NCBI GenBank assembly: GCA_018396635.1 | Contig: JAGTQE010000002.1 | Coordinates: 73,615 to 137,614, forward strand | Length of the DNA: 64,000 nt | Direction of reading: 5' to 3' | Source: Candidatus Bathyarchaeota archaeon | GTDB taxonomy: Archaea > Thermoproteota > Bathyarchaeia > Bathyarchaeales > DTEX01 | In this document: positions 55,372 through 64,000 of the stretch, piece after piece | Numbering within the stretch: position 1 is the stretch's first letter | How the letters are laid out: each line of letters starts with the position of its first letter | The notes under the pieces: model-generated | Told to the model about the DNA's origin: nothing | Database searches by the model: none | What the model saw: the letters and a program-made list of their open reading frames with translations, nothing else | Made by a program: the position numbers and the translations under genes

Positions 55372-56761
55372 TCCTCTTTAATGCTCGGTTCACTCCAGTC
55401 CCGTATTGAATAGCCCTTTTAGGTTTAAGGTAGATTTCTTCCGGTAAGCCGATATGCTTGGCGAGACTTCTAAGTATCCTCTTCCTCAGCGGATCGTCTT
55501 GGGACGCTATTTTTAATGTTATTGGTAGGCTAAGGGCGAAGGATGCCAGCTCATAATCCACGTATGGGAATCTAACGTCCACGCCATGAAATGAGCAGAC
55601 CTTCTCCTCAGCCTCCAGAGTATTTTCATGCAGCCTTAACACGTCACCGTAAGTTGCCCGCACAACACAATCAGGCGAGATACCAAAATCCCTTAAATAC
55701 TTATGGTAGCCCGCAAACAGCTCATCGCTCCCCTGTCCGGAGAGCATAACCCGACTGTTAAGCTTAGATGATATCTCAGCAACCCAGTATATTGGGATAA
55801 AAATCGACGCCTTTAAAGCGTTCGCCTCCTCAATCAGCCATAAGACTTTAGGTAAAGTCTCCTCAACATCCTCAGGCGCGTATGTTTCAGCCTTAAGTGG
55901 TAAGCCCATTATATTGGCGGTTTTCTCAGCCCACTCTACCTCTTTAGAGCCCTCTAATCCAACCGATATTAGAAGCACCTTTACGCTAAACTTCTTTGCC
56001 AAGGCAGCCAATATGCTGCTATCTAAGCCACCTGAGAATCCGATTGACACCTCCCCTAAACCATACATCTTCTCCCTAACAGACCTTAAAAGCATGCAAT
56101 ATAGCCTCTCTAAGGCTGCGTACTCATCAACCGCCTTTATTATAGGCTCATCTAAAACCTTAATCACCCTCATTCTCACGCTGTCCCCAGATATCTCCGC
56201 CATATTTCCAGGCGGAAAAGACCTTATACCGCCATTATCTATTCCAAGAGCCCATAGCGCTTTCTTCTCTGAGGCTAGGGCGAAAAACGCCTGGCTCTCG
56301 CAGAGGTAGAGTGGCTTTGCGCCCATGGGATCTCTTCCAACAATCAGCCTATTGTCCTTAATGGCGGCGAAGGAGAATATTCCATTCATTCCTCTAATGG
56401 CGTTCTCCGCAAACACTTCAATATCGTTAAATTGCTCTAATAGGCTGGGGATCTCTCTAGGACCAGCATATTGTGGCGAGAATACCCTTCCATCGAAAGC
56501 CACCTTACAATCTTTGTATTCAATTGGCTGCGGAGCATCCTCTGGGAGAATGCCACTACAACCATATCCTATCGCTATGCTTGATTTAACCCTAACCAGA
56601 TCCGCCAGATCGCTAAGATCCTTCACTATAGCAGTCATGCTGCCCGTTGATATTCCGTAGGTCTCTCCACCCCTGTGCCTAAGCACCTTGAGCATCTTCA
56701 CGGCTTCTAATACAGCATTTCCATTATTGCGCTTAGAGACGACGGCTACTAGAGCCCCCAT
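55277..56761 (-). CDS. Asparagine synthase (AsnB)-like protein lacking the N-terminal catalytic Cys
   Basis: PP-loop GFSGGLDSS in the synthase domain. The Ntn-amidotransferase-like N-domain begins MGALVAV (Gly in place of Cys2). An in-frame stop lies two codons upstream of the ATG. Confidence 0.8.
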   Translation of the reverse strand: MGALVAVVSKRNNGNAVLEAVKMLKVLRHRGGETYGISTGSMTAIVKDLSDLADLVRVKSSIAIGYGCSGILPEDAPQPIEYKDCKVAFDGRVFSPQYAGPREIPSLLEQFNDIEVFAENAIRGMNGIFSFAAIKDNRLIVGRDPMGAKPLYLCESQAFFALASEKKALWALGIDNGGIRSFPPGNMAEISGDSVRMRVIKVLDEPIIKAVDEYAALERLYCMLLRSVREKMYGLGEVSIGFSGGLDSSILAALAKKFSVKVLLISVGLEGSKEVEWAEKTANIMGLPLKAETYAPEDVEETLPKVLWLIEEANALKASIFIPIYWVAEISSKLNSRVMLSGQGSDELFAGYHKYLRDFGISPDCVVRATYGDVLRLHENTLEAEEKVCSFHGVDVRFPYVDYELASFALSLPITLKIASQDDPLRKRILRSLAKHIGLPEEIYLKPKRAIQYGTGVNRALKRIAKKKGLSMQSLINKVFSEVRRHENGSSIFA

Positions 56762-56811
56762 CCCCTACTCTTTCTCCTTCTAGCAGAAACTGCAAAAATC
56801 CCTAATAAAAT

Positions 56812-57102
56812 TTAGCATTCTGTAGAGGTGCTTGCGCCATGAAACTCTAAAATACTAAATGCAACTATCGCCTTTTCATCGACCTCCTCTATACTTGAGA
56901 TCACAGTCTTTAACCCCATCTCCTCCAAGATTATTCTATAGTCCTCGAAGTAATCATAGAAACCGCATGTATAGCAAATACTTCCGCCAAACTCGATCTC
57001 AATCTTATTCTCGGATATTGACATCAGCCTTGCCTCAACCTCAGGAGACCTATACCTATTATACTCAACTATTGCATCCTCAACAATCTTCTTCAAATCC
57101 AC
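56812..57102 (-). CDS. Hypothetical protein (96 aa)
   Basis: The ORF fits the gap between the asnB-like gene and purB and has coding-like composition. I recognise no family. Confidence 0.4.
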   Translation of the reverse strand: MDLKKIVEDAIVEYNRYRSPEVEARLMSISENKIEIEFGGSICYTCGFYDYFEDYRIILEEMGLKTVISSIEEVDEKAIVAFSILEFHGASTSTEC

Positions 57103-57219
57103 AGCTATAAGCCACCCCTTCCCCTAATAAGGCCTTAAAACTCCAAAATAAATCTAAATTCATAAAAAACAATAAAAAATATTTTTGAGAGGAGCGCTCA
57201 TATAGTGGAGGGGTAGCGT

Positions 57220-58590
57220 ATGCCGATTTTACCAATAGATACCGGACGCTATGGCACTCCAGAGATGCTTAGAATATTTGAGGAGGAGAATTATATTCAA
57301 AAGATGCTTGACGTCGAGGCTGCGCTGGCCTGGGCTCAAAGCGAGGTTGGAGAGATCCCAAAGGAAGCAGCCGAGAGAATAATGGAGATGGCATCAACGA
57401 AATATGTTAAGGTGAGCAGGGTTAAGGAGATCGAGAGGGAGATTAGGCATGATGTTATGGCCCTCGTTAAGGCTTTAGCAGAGGTCTGCGGGCCAAGCGG
57501 AGCATATGTACACCTCGGGATAACAAGCTACGACGTCGTAGATACTGCCAGAGCTCTACAGCTCAAAGAGGCTTTAGATATAATTGAGCGGCGCCTCAAC
57601 GACTTAGAAATGGTTCTGCTAAACCTAGCTGACAAATATAAGAATACTGTAATGATGGGGCGAACGCACGGTCAACATGCCCTACCAATAACTTTTGGAT
57701 TCAAGTTGGCTGGATGGATGCGTGAGATATCCAGATATATTCAGAGGTTGAGGGAGAGCAGAAAACGTATTCTGGTCGGAAAGATAACTGGCGCTGTTGG
57801 GACTCAAGCTGGGCTCGGCCCGAACGCTATGAAGATACAGGAGCTTGTTATGAAGAGGCTTGGGCTCCAGCCTGCAGATATAACTACGCAGATTATATCA
57901 CGTGACGTTCACGCTGAGCTGATATGTTTCTTAGCCATGTTAGCCTCAACTTTAGATAAATTTGCTACTGAGATAAGGGAGCTGCAGAGGACTGAGATAG
58001 CTGAAGTCTTTGAGCCGTTTGAGAGGGGTAGACAGGTTGGTAGTTCGACGATGCCCCATAAGCGTAATCCCGAGATATGCGAGCGTATATGTGGCTTAGC
58101 GAAGGTTATTAGAGGCCTCGTTATACCAGCCCTAGAAAATATTCCAACATGGCATGAAAGGGACTTAACGCAGTCATCGGCTGAGAGGTTCATTATACCG
58201 GAGGCGTGCATCCTAGTGGATTACATGCTAAATTTAATGATTTGGGTTCTCTCAAACCTTGAGGTTGACGAGGAGAAGATGCTTAAGAATATAGATTTGA
58301 CGCAGGGCAGAGCTCTTTCTGAGGCCGTTATGATAGCGTTGGTTAAGAAGGGTATGGGTAGGCAAGAGGCTCATGAGGTTTTGAGGCAGCTTGCGATTAA
58401 GAGCGCGTCTGAGAAGATGCCTTTCAGGGAAGTTCTTGTAAATAATGATTTAATTAGGAGATTTCTAACCGAGGAGGAAATAGATGAAGCCCTAGATCCA
58501 AAGAATTATCTTGGCACAGCCGTCGAACAGGTGGAATTAGCTATAGAAAAGACGCTTAGGGAGCGGGATGAAAGGGGATTAGCGAGATAA
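57220..58590 (+). CDS. purB: Adenylosuccinate lyase
   Basis: Fumarate-lyase signature GSSTMPHKRNP. N-terminus reads PIDTGRYGTPEM. An SD lies upstream. Confidence 0.95.
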   Translation: MPILPIDTGRYGTPEMLRIFEEENYIQKMLDVEAALAWAQSEVGEIPKEAAERIMEMASTKYVKVSRVKEIEREIRHDVMALVKALAEVCGPSGAYVHLGITSYDVVDTARALQLKEALDIIERRLNDLEMVLLNLADKYKNTVMMGRTHGQHALPITFGFKLAGWMREISRYIQRLRESRKRILVGKITGAVGTQAGLGPNAMKIQELVMKRLGLQPADITTQIISRDVHAELICFLAMLASTLDKFATEIRELQRTEIAEVFEPFERGRQVGSSTMPHKRNPEICERICGLAKVIRGLVIPALENIPTWHERDLTQSSAERFIIPEACILVDYMLNLMIWVLSNLEVDEEKMLKNIDLTQGRALSEAVMIALVKKGMGRQEAHEVLRQLAIKSASEKMPFREVLVNNDLIRRFLTEEEIDEALDPKNYLGTAVEQVELAIEKTLRERDERGLAR

Positions 58591-58606
58591 ATTGATGTGT
58601 GCCATA

Positions 58607-58846
58607 TTACTCTCTGATTGGCGGTGGAATCACTATCAGCGTCTGCGTTCTAAGAACCCCTTTTATACTCTGAACCTTCTCAATAATTCTTCCAAGATTC
58701 TCCATCTTCTCAAACTCAACCTGAATTATGTCGTCAAACTGTCCAGTTATAGCGTAAGCCTCCTTTACACCATCAATCTTTAACGCAGCCTCAGCAATCT
58801 TCCATATCATACCTGGCTCAGAGTTCACGAGAATATATGCCTTCAT
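58607..58846 (-). CDS. Stand-alone Lrp/AsnC ligand-binding (RAM) domain protein
   Basis: 79 aa. It reads MKAYILVNSEPGMIWKIAEAALKIDGVKEAYAITGQFDDIIQVE..VLRTQTLIV, the AsnC C-terminal domain pattern without an HTH. Confidence 0.75.
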   Translation of the reverse strand: MKAYILVNSEPGMIWKIAEAALKIDGVKEAYAITGQFDDIIQVEFEKMENLGRIIEKVQSIKGVLRTQTLIVIPPPIRE

Positions 58847-58947
58847 AAAACATCACCGTAACAGAAAAAAGTTTATCTCAAAAAGGGTATAAAAGGCTAA
58901 TTGAAAGAAGGGCAAAGCAGCTAGTTAAGACCGCTTTTAGAGAACCT

Positions 58948-60210
58948 TCAACATACGGGTATTTTCCCATAGGCGAGATCCATTATAAATTTGTCAATGT
59001 TCTCAAGCTCGTAGACAACTATTTCCTCAGCCCTCTTCTTTACGGCGTTGAAGTACGCCTCGGAGTCAGCCAACAACTGCACCGCAGCTATAACTGGCTT
59101 ATCAACAGGCTGGCCAATCCTACTCAGCATCCAAACGTAAACTTCCTTTAAACCACCTACCTCATTATAAATTCTTTCAGCAATTCTATGGGTTAGCAGA
59201 TTATATATTTTGCCAACGTGGCTGACTGGATTCTTACCCGCAGCAGCCTCGGAGCACTGCGGCCTGTTGAGCGATATAACCCCATTAACCCTATTCCCCC
59301 TACCAACCTGTCCTGAGTCCGCACCATCGGCACTGGTTCCGAGAACCGTCATATAAACTCCATCAACGCCCCTACCCGGCATATCTAAGGTATTAAGCTC
59401 TATATGGATCCTTTCAAAGCAGTCACCTCTCTTATCAACGAACTCCCTCATATCCTCTAGGACAGCTTCCTTCCTCTCAAAGTACTCCTTCTCATCGCTT
59501 ATGAATCTATCGATGAAGGCCATGGAGACAGTTAGTCTCAGATTCCTGTTCCTCCTAAAGGCCATAACCTTAATATCTTCGCCAGTTTCGGGAAACCTCT
59601 TCTTAAACCCTTCAGAGTTAAGGTATTTCTCCAGCTCCAAAACGATCCTCTCGGTTCTTGTCAGCGGCGCCCACCCAACAGCTGCTGATGTATCGTTTGC
59701 CTCAAGAACCTTCCCGCCACGCCTAAAGATATCCGTGAGCGCTTGCGATCCAGGCTGTATTTCAACCTGGTATATTACATGCCTTTCGGGATCGACGAAT
59801 CTAAGGTTTCTCTTAAACCAGCCCTTAGCTGTCTGAATAGCTATTTCAGAGACCGGGAACTTGATGTTATTGGCTTCAAATGTCGCTCTATCGCCAAAAA
59901 TGAGCTTCATAGGTCTCTTAACTACTCCTCCGCCAAACCTCACTTCAACCTCGCCAGCTACGAGTAGAGACTTATCAATGTTATGATGTAATATTGTTCC
60001 AACTTTATCGAGATACTCCTTGCAGAGGTTTACTGAGACCTCATTCATTATTGAATCGCATATAGTGTCTGGGTGGCCTAGCCCCTTCCTCTCAACTATC
60101 TCAATCTCCTGCTCTTCCAATGGAACATTCCTTGAGAACAGTATAGCTATATTTCTGTCTTCCATTTTTATTAGTTCCCTCGTGTCTCGAAAGATTATCG
60201 ATGTGAACAC
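58948..60210 (-). CDS. metK: Archaeal-type S-adenosylmethionine synthetase
   Basis: [13 protein letters not shown] and the overall archaeal MAT pattern are present. The probable start is the ATG at 60165. Confidence 0.9.
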   Translation of the reverse strand: MFTSIIFRDTRELIKMEDRNIAILFSRNVPLEEQEIEIVERKGLGHPDTICDSIMNEVSVNLCKEYLDKVGTILHHNIDKSLLVAGEVEVRFGGGVVKRPMKLIFGDRATFEANNIKFPVSEIAIQTAKGWFKRNLRFVDPERHVIYQVEIQPGSQALTDIFRRGGKVLEANDTSAAVGWAPLTRTERIVLELEKYLNSEGFKKRFPETGEDIKVMAFRRNRNLRLTVSMAFIDRFISDEKEYFERKEAVLEDMREFVDKRGDCFERIHIELNTLDMPGRGVDGVYMTVLGTSADGADSGQVGRGNRVNGVISLNRPQCSEAAAGKNPVSHVGKIYNLLTHRIAERIYNEVGGLKEVYVWMLSRIGQPVDKPVIAAVQLLADSEAYFNAVKKRAEEIVVYELENIDKFIMDLAYGKIPVC

Positions 60211-60365
60211 ATATATATTTTTTGGTATAATAAGGCGAAAAAATATGCAATATTATGCATAAAAATCATGCGAATTAAGGGATAGCCTCCTCCCTACTCC
60301 CTCGGTAAAGAATAAATACGTCTCTCTTCAATCTTTTATTAGAATTATAACTGGGGATTATAATT

Positions 60366-60896
60366 TTGATAATAACTGGATCATTACTGAAGAAGATGAG
60401 AATTGAGGCTGGATTAACTCAAAGCCAGCTAGCGAGAATGGTCGGCGTCTCGCAAGCTCACATAGCTAAGATAGAGAGCGGAAAAGTTGACCCCCGGCTA
60501 TCTACAGTAAATAAGATTCTACAGATATTGACCAGTAGATGCGGGAAGAAGTGTAAGGATATAATGACGCGTGAAGTTATAACGACGACGCCTAAGGAGA
60601 AGATAAAGAAGGTTAGTGAGATAATGGTGAAGCACGGAATCTCACAGCTGCCGGTTGTTGATGGGAATAGGGTTGTTGGTATGGTGACTGAGGAGGGGAT
60701 CATACGGAACCTTAGCTCAAACATATCTGAAGAACCTGTTGAGAAGGTTATGGAGCCCCCATTCCCACTTGTCTCCGAAGATACTGATATAAGCTTAATT
60801 AGGCCGCTATTAGAGATGCATCCTGGGGTCTTAGTTGTTAGTAGGGGTGAGCTGGTTGGGATTATAACCCGCTCAGATCTATTAAAGGTTATTTAG
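60366..60896 (+). CDS. XRE-type HTH plus CBS-pair transcriptional regulator
   Basis: The HTH reads LTQSQLARMVGVSQAHIAKIESGK. Two CBS motifs follow (IMTREVITT.., ISQLPVV.., VMEPPFPLV.., GIITRSDLL). Confidence 0.8.
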   Translation: MIITGSLLKKMRIEAGLTQSQLARMVGVSQAHIAKIESGKVDPRLSTVNKILQILTSRCGKKCKDIMTREVITTTPKEKIKKVSEIMVKHGISQLPVVDGNRVVGMVTEEGIIRNLSSNISEEPVEKVMEPPFPLVSEDTDISLIRPLLEMHPGVLVVSRGELVGIITRSDLLKVI

Positions 60897-60908
60897 GGTA
60901 TGTGGTCT

Positions 60909-61370
60909 CTATAGGGTTTTTATTCTAAAATCCTCCTTCACAACATTTAAAACAACGTTCGTAACTGTGCGTCTAACATGGGGCATTGATAGGATCTTCT
61001 TGACAAAGGAGTTTAACTCCGCCCTATCCCTAAACCTAGCTATCACAGCTATATCGAAATCCCCAGTTATATCATAGACCGCTATGGCGTTCTCGTTTTT
61101 CGCTATCTCATTCTCAACCTCAACTAAATGGGCGCCTTCAGCCTGTATGAATATTATAGCCGTCGTCCCATACCCCACCTTCACAGGATCAACTAGCGCA
61201 GTATAGCCCCTTAAAACACCCATCTTCTCAAGTCTCTTAACCCGATTATACGCCGTCCCAACAGATATCCTGAGCTTATCGGCTATCTTATTGTAGCTTA
61301 TTCTCGAATCCTCTTGCAGCAGCCTAACTATTTGAAGATCCAAATCGTCTAATTGGTTTGCCGATGGCAT
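60909..61370 (-). CDS. lrp: Lrp/AsnC family transcriptional regulator (full length)
   Basis: HTH (LDLQIVRLLQEDSRISYNKIADKLRISVGTAYNRVKRLEKMGVL) plus a RAM domain. It is divergent from glnA. Confidence 0.9.
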   Translation of the reverse strand: MPSANQLDDLDLQIVRLLQEDSRISYNKIADKLRISVGTAYNRVKRLEKMGVLRGYTALVDPVKVGYGTTAIIFIQAEGAHLVEVENEIAKNENAIAVYDITGDFDIAVIARFRDRAELNSFVKKILSMPHVRRTVTNVVLNVVKEDFRIKTL

Positions 61371-61486
61371 TCATTTCAACCTCTCTTAACTGAACATTTA
61401 TTCAATAAATATAACTATAATTAAAAGTTTTTCATAATAACCAAAAATTTTATATATGAGCATAGAAAAGTGATTCAATTTGTTGA

Positions 61487-62983
61487 ATGAATGGCGGAGA
61501 GAACTTGAAGCCCAGTGATATCTTCGATGAGAGCATTAAAGCGGCTATTGAGAAGTTAAAGGTTAATAGGGTTCGGTGGGTCCACACAGCGTTCGTTGAT
61601 ATAAGAGGCTTAATGCATGACGTTGTTGTCCCCGCTAGGGAGTTTATTGAGGGGAACGCCTTCACATCTGGGCTTGGATTCGATGGATCATCGGTTAGGG
61701 GCTTTAAATCTATAGAGGAGTCTGATATGGTGATCCTCCCAGATCCTAGAACGCTTGCGATACTCCCATGGATGAGCGATGATAACCAGAGGAGCGCCAT
61801 AGTCATAGGAGACGTTTATGAGGCTTATGGGGGCAGCTCCCCATCCGAGGTTGACCCGAGAGGTTATGTTGCTAAGAGGGCTGTTAAGGCGGCTATGGAG
61901 ATGAGCTACACAGGATACTTCGCCCCAGAGATAGAATGCTTCATATTCTCATCGATCGATCCGACAAGGCTCGTCTGGGACCTCTGGGTTAGCCCGGATG
62001 GTGGCAAGAGCGATTCGTGGGGTGCGCCTAGGGTTATGCCCCAGTCGCCTGAGATTACTAGCGGAGGATATGTTATCAGGCCGAGGGAGGCTTACTATAA
62101 GCCTCCGCCGGAAGACACCACGATCGAATATAGGAATGAGGTTTCAGCCATCTTAGAGGACTACTTTGGCTTCAGGATAGAAAAGCATCACCATGAGGGC
62201 GCAACTGCCGGGCAGATAGAAATAAACTTCCAGTATGGGGAGCTTGTGGAGACCGCTGATAGAACAATCTATTGTAAGTTTGTGGCGAAGAATGTAGCTA
62301 AGAGGCGGGGCTTAATAGTCACGTTTATGCCTAAACCAGTATACCTTGATAACGCCAGCGGGATGCATATACATGTGTCTCTTTGGAGGGGCAACGCTAA
62401 TGTCATGTATGATGAGAGCGACGAATACGCTGAACTCAGCCAAGTTGGGAGATACTTCGTTGGCGGCCTACTCGAACACGCCAGAGCCCTAACCGCAGTC
62501 TGCTGCCCAACAGTAAACTCATATAAGCGGCTTGTTCCTGGATTCGAGGCTCCAATATATGTTGTGTGGTCACGTCGGAATAGATCTGCGCTGATAAGAA
62601 TCCCTGTCTACCATAGAGGCCCTGAGTACGCAGCCTATAAGCGGATAGAGTATCGCGGAGCTGACCCCTCATGCAACCCATATCTGGCTTTTTCATGTCT
62701 ATTGATGGCTGGGCTTGATGGCATAAAGAGGAAGATTGATCCGGGAGACCCGGTTGATGAGGACATTTATAAGATGACTCCTGAGAGGAGGAGACATCTC
62801 GGCATAGTTGAGCTGCCAACAACCCTGAAAGAAGCCCTTGATGAGATGAAGAGCGATGAGGTGATCCACCGAACCCTTGGGAGCCACATATTCGATGCTT
62901 TCATAGAATATAAGATGAATGATTGGCGCCAATACTGCCTCTACATAACGCCATGGGAGATAATGAAGTACCTCGACTATTAA
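61487..62983 (+). CDS. glnA: Glutamine synthetase
   Basis: Motifs are NASGMHIHVSLW, NSYKRLVPGFEAP and IRIP. TTTATATAT lies about 30 nt upstream of the ATG. Confidence 0.95.
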   Translation: MNGGENLKPSDIFDESIKAAIEKLKVNRVRWVHTAFVDIRGLMHDVVVPAREFIEGNAFTSGLGFDGSSVRGFKSIEESDMVILPDPRTLAILPWMSDDNQRSAIVIGDVYEAYGGSSPSEVDPRGYVAKRAVKAAMEMSYTGYFAPEIECFIFSSIDPTRLVWDLWVSPDGGKSDSWGAPRVMPQSPEITSGGYVIRPREAYYKPPPEDTTIEYRNEVSAILEDYFGFRIEKHHHEGATAGQIEINFQYGELVETADRTIYCKFVAKNVAKRRGLIVTFMPKPVYLDNASGMHIHVSLWRGNANVMYDESDEYAELSQVGRYFVGGLLEHARALTAVCCPTVNSYKRLVPGFEAPIYVVWSRRNRSALIRIPVYHRGPEYAAYKRIEYRGADPSCNPYLAFSCLLMAGLDGIKRKIDPGDPVDEDIYKMTPERRRHLGIVELPTTLKEALDEMKSDEVIHRTLGSHIFDAFIEYKMNDWRQYCLYITPWEIMKYLDY

Positions 62984-63241
62984 TTGGAGGTGTATTGGAT
63001 GTTAAGGGCCTATATATTTGTTGAGACAAAACCCGGCACATCCCTAGAAGTAGTTAAAAGAATAAAGAGTAAGGTTAGGGAGGTTGTTCAGGCTGACGCA
63101 ATATATGGCAGGTTTGATGTGATCATAATGCTGGAGACGCCGGACTTTGAAACACTACACAACATACTGTATAATGTTATTGAGAAAGATCCAGACATAG
63201 TCCACACGGAGACATCGCTAGTCCTTAGGGAGATAGAATAA
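62984..63241 (+). CDS. Stand-alone Lrp/AsnC ligand-binding (RAM) domain protein
   Basis: It reads MLRAYIFVETKPGTSLEVVKRIK..ADAIYGRFDVIIMLE..VHTETSLVL. The probable start is the ATG at 62999, 8 nt after GGAGGTG. It abuts the glnA stop. Confidence 0.7.
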   Translation: MEVYWMLRAYIFVETKPGTSLEVVKRIKSKVREVVQADAIYGRFDVIIMLETPDFETLHNILYNVIEKDPDIVHTETSLVLREIE

Positions 63242-63259
63242 TAGTTTGGGGTTAATGGC

Positions 63260-63529
63260 ATGTGTGCCAGTAAGGATTTGAGAAGAAAACCCTTAAGAGC
63301 CTTCGTCCTCGTAAGAATGAAGCCCGGGACATCTGAGGAGATTGTTAAGTCTAGGCGGATAAGAGGGGTTAGGATGGCTAACTCAGTCCTTGGAAGATAT
63401 GATGCTGTAGTCGTTATTGAAGCCAACAGCCTAGAGGAGCTGCAAAGAATAATTTACGAGATGATTGAGCAGCACCCAAACGTTGTACGCACCGAGACAT
63501 TAATCTCAATATTCCATCCACCCGAATAA
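63260..63529 (+). CDS. Stand-alone Lrp/AsnC ligand-binding (RAM) domain protein
   Basis: It reads LRAFVLVRMKPGTSEEIVKS..ANSVLGRYDAVVVIE..VRTETLISI. It is a paralog of the preceding gene. Confidence 0.7.
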   Translation: MCASKDLRRKPLRAFVLVRMKPGTSEEIVKSRRIRGVRMANSVLGRYDAVVVIEANSLEELQRIIYEMIEQHPNVVRTETLISIFHPPE

Positions 63530-63568
63530 TCCCCTAAAATAATGGTTACCATTTAGGAGGTGGAAGAG

Positions 63569-64000
63569 TTGGGCTTACCTGAACTGGAAACGAATCCAAT
63601 CTACAGAAACATATATTTTAGAATGTCCCTGAAGGTTGACCCCATAATTGATGACACTACGCTTAGAGACGGTGTTCAAATGCCGGGCCTAGCGGTCTCC
63701 CCTGAGGATGCTGCGGAGATAGCTCGCCTACTCGATGAGATTGGCGTTGAAAGGATAGAGCTCCACCATTACCAGAAGCCCGATAAGGATGCCGTTAAGC
63801 TCATACAGAAGATGGGTTTAAATGCCCGCCTAGCTGGGTGGTGTAGGGCTGTTAAAGAGGATATAGATGATGCAATAGACTGCGGCTTTGAGGAGGTAGG
63901 CATCTCCCATCCAGTCTCCTACATACATTTCAGAGCCAAGTGGCCTGATAAAAGCCCAGACGATCTACTTAATAGGGTTGTTGAAGTGGTTGAGTACGCC
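63569..64000 (+). CDS. HMGL-like family synthase (2-isopropylmalate/homocitrate/citramalate synthase-like), 3'-truncated by the window edge
   Basis: The frame is open to the window end and is not in the ORF track. It reads ..[39 protein letters not shown], the DTTLRDG(E)Q motif with Val for Glu. Possible starts are GTG 63560, TTG 63569 and ATG 63623. The SD GGAGGTGG lies at about 63556. Confidence 0.75.
   Translation, partial: MGLPELETNPIYRNIYFRMSLKVDPIIDDTTLRDGVQMPGLAVSPEDAAEIARLLDEIGVERIELHHYQKPDKDAVKLIQKMGLNARLAGWCRAVKEDIDDAIDCGFEEVGISHPVSYIHFRAKWPDKSPDDLLNRVVEVVEYA

Overview
This is a densely coding chromosomal segment of an archaeon. Hallmarks are MCM, Hel308, Alba, Pelota, ribosomal proteins L35Ae and S3Ae (eS1), archaeal-type SAM synthetase, Sec61beta and class III (prepilin-like) signal peptides. 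The proteins are charged and Ile-rich, which looks thermophile-like. I cannot fix the lineage without database searches; it looks TACK- or Asgard-like. I can support about 70 protein genes and one tRNA-Lys(UUU). I saw no rRNA, CRISPR array, transposase or integrase. Most of the window is housekeeping: replication and repair, aaRS genes (tyrS, serS, AlaX), pyrG, purB, glnA, metK, sugar metabolism, and ribosome and tRNA modification. The stretches that deserve a second look are: (1) a 602-aa type I membrane protein at 51217-53025 that looks like eukaryotic ribophorin I (OST1); (2) a nine-ORF non-archaellar type IV pilus-like operon at 12.4-21.1 kb, whose leading pilin gene is split by a -1 frameshift and which is preceded by a multi-zinc-ribbon protein; (3) an 860-aa CARDB-repeat surface protein; (4) a HEPN/MNT pair plus a single-chain HEPN(DUF86)-MNT fusion; (5) an amino-acid-sensing neighbourhood at 58.6-64 kb with a divergent lrp-glnA pair and three stand-alone RAM (demi-Lrp) proteins; (6) an unlisted Sec61beta gene on the minus strand at 43817-43990. 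All family assignments come from motifs I can read in the translations and from remembered family signatures. No searches were run.
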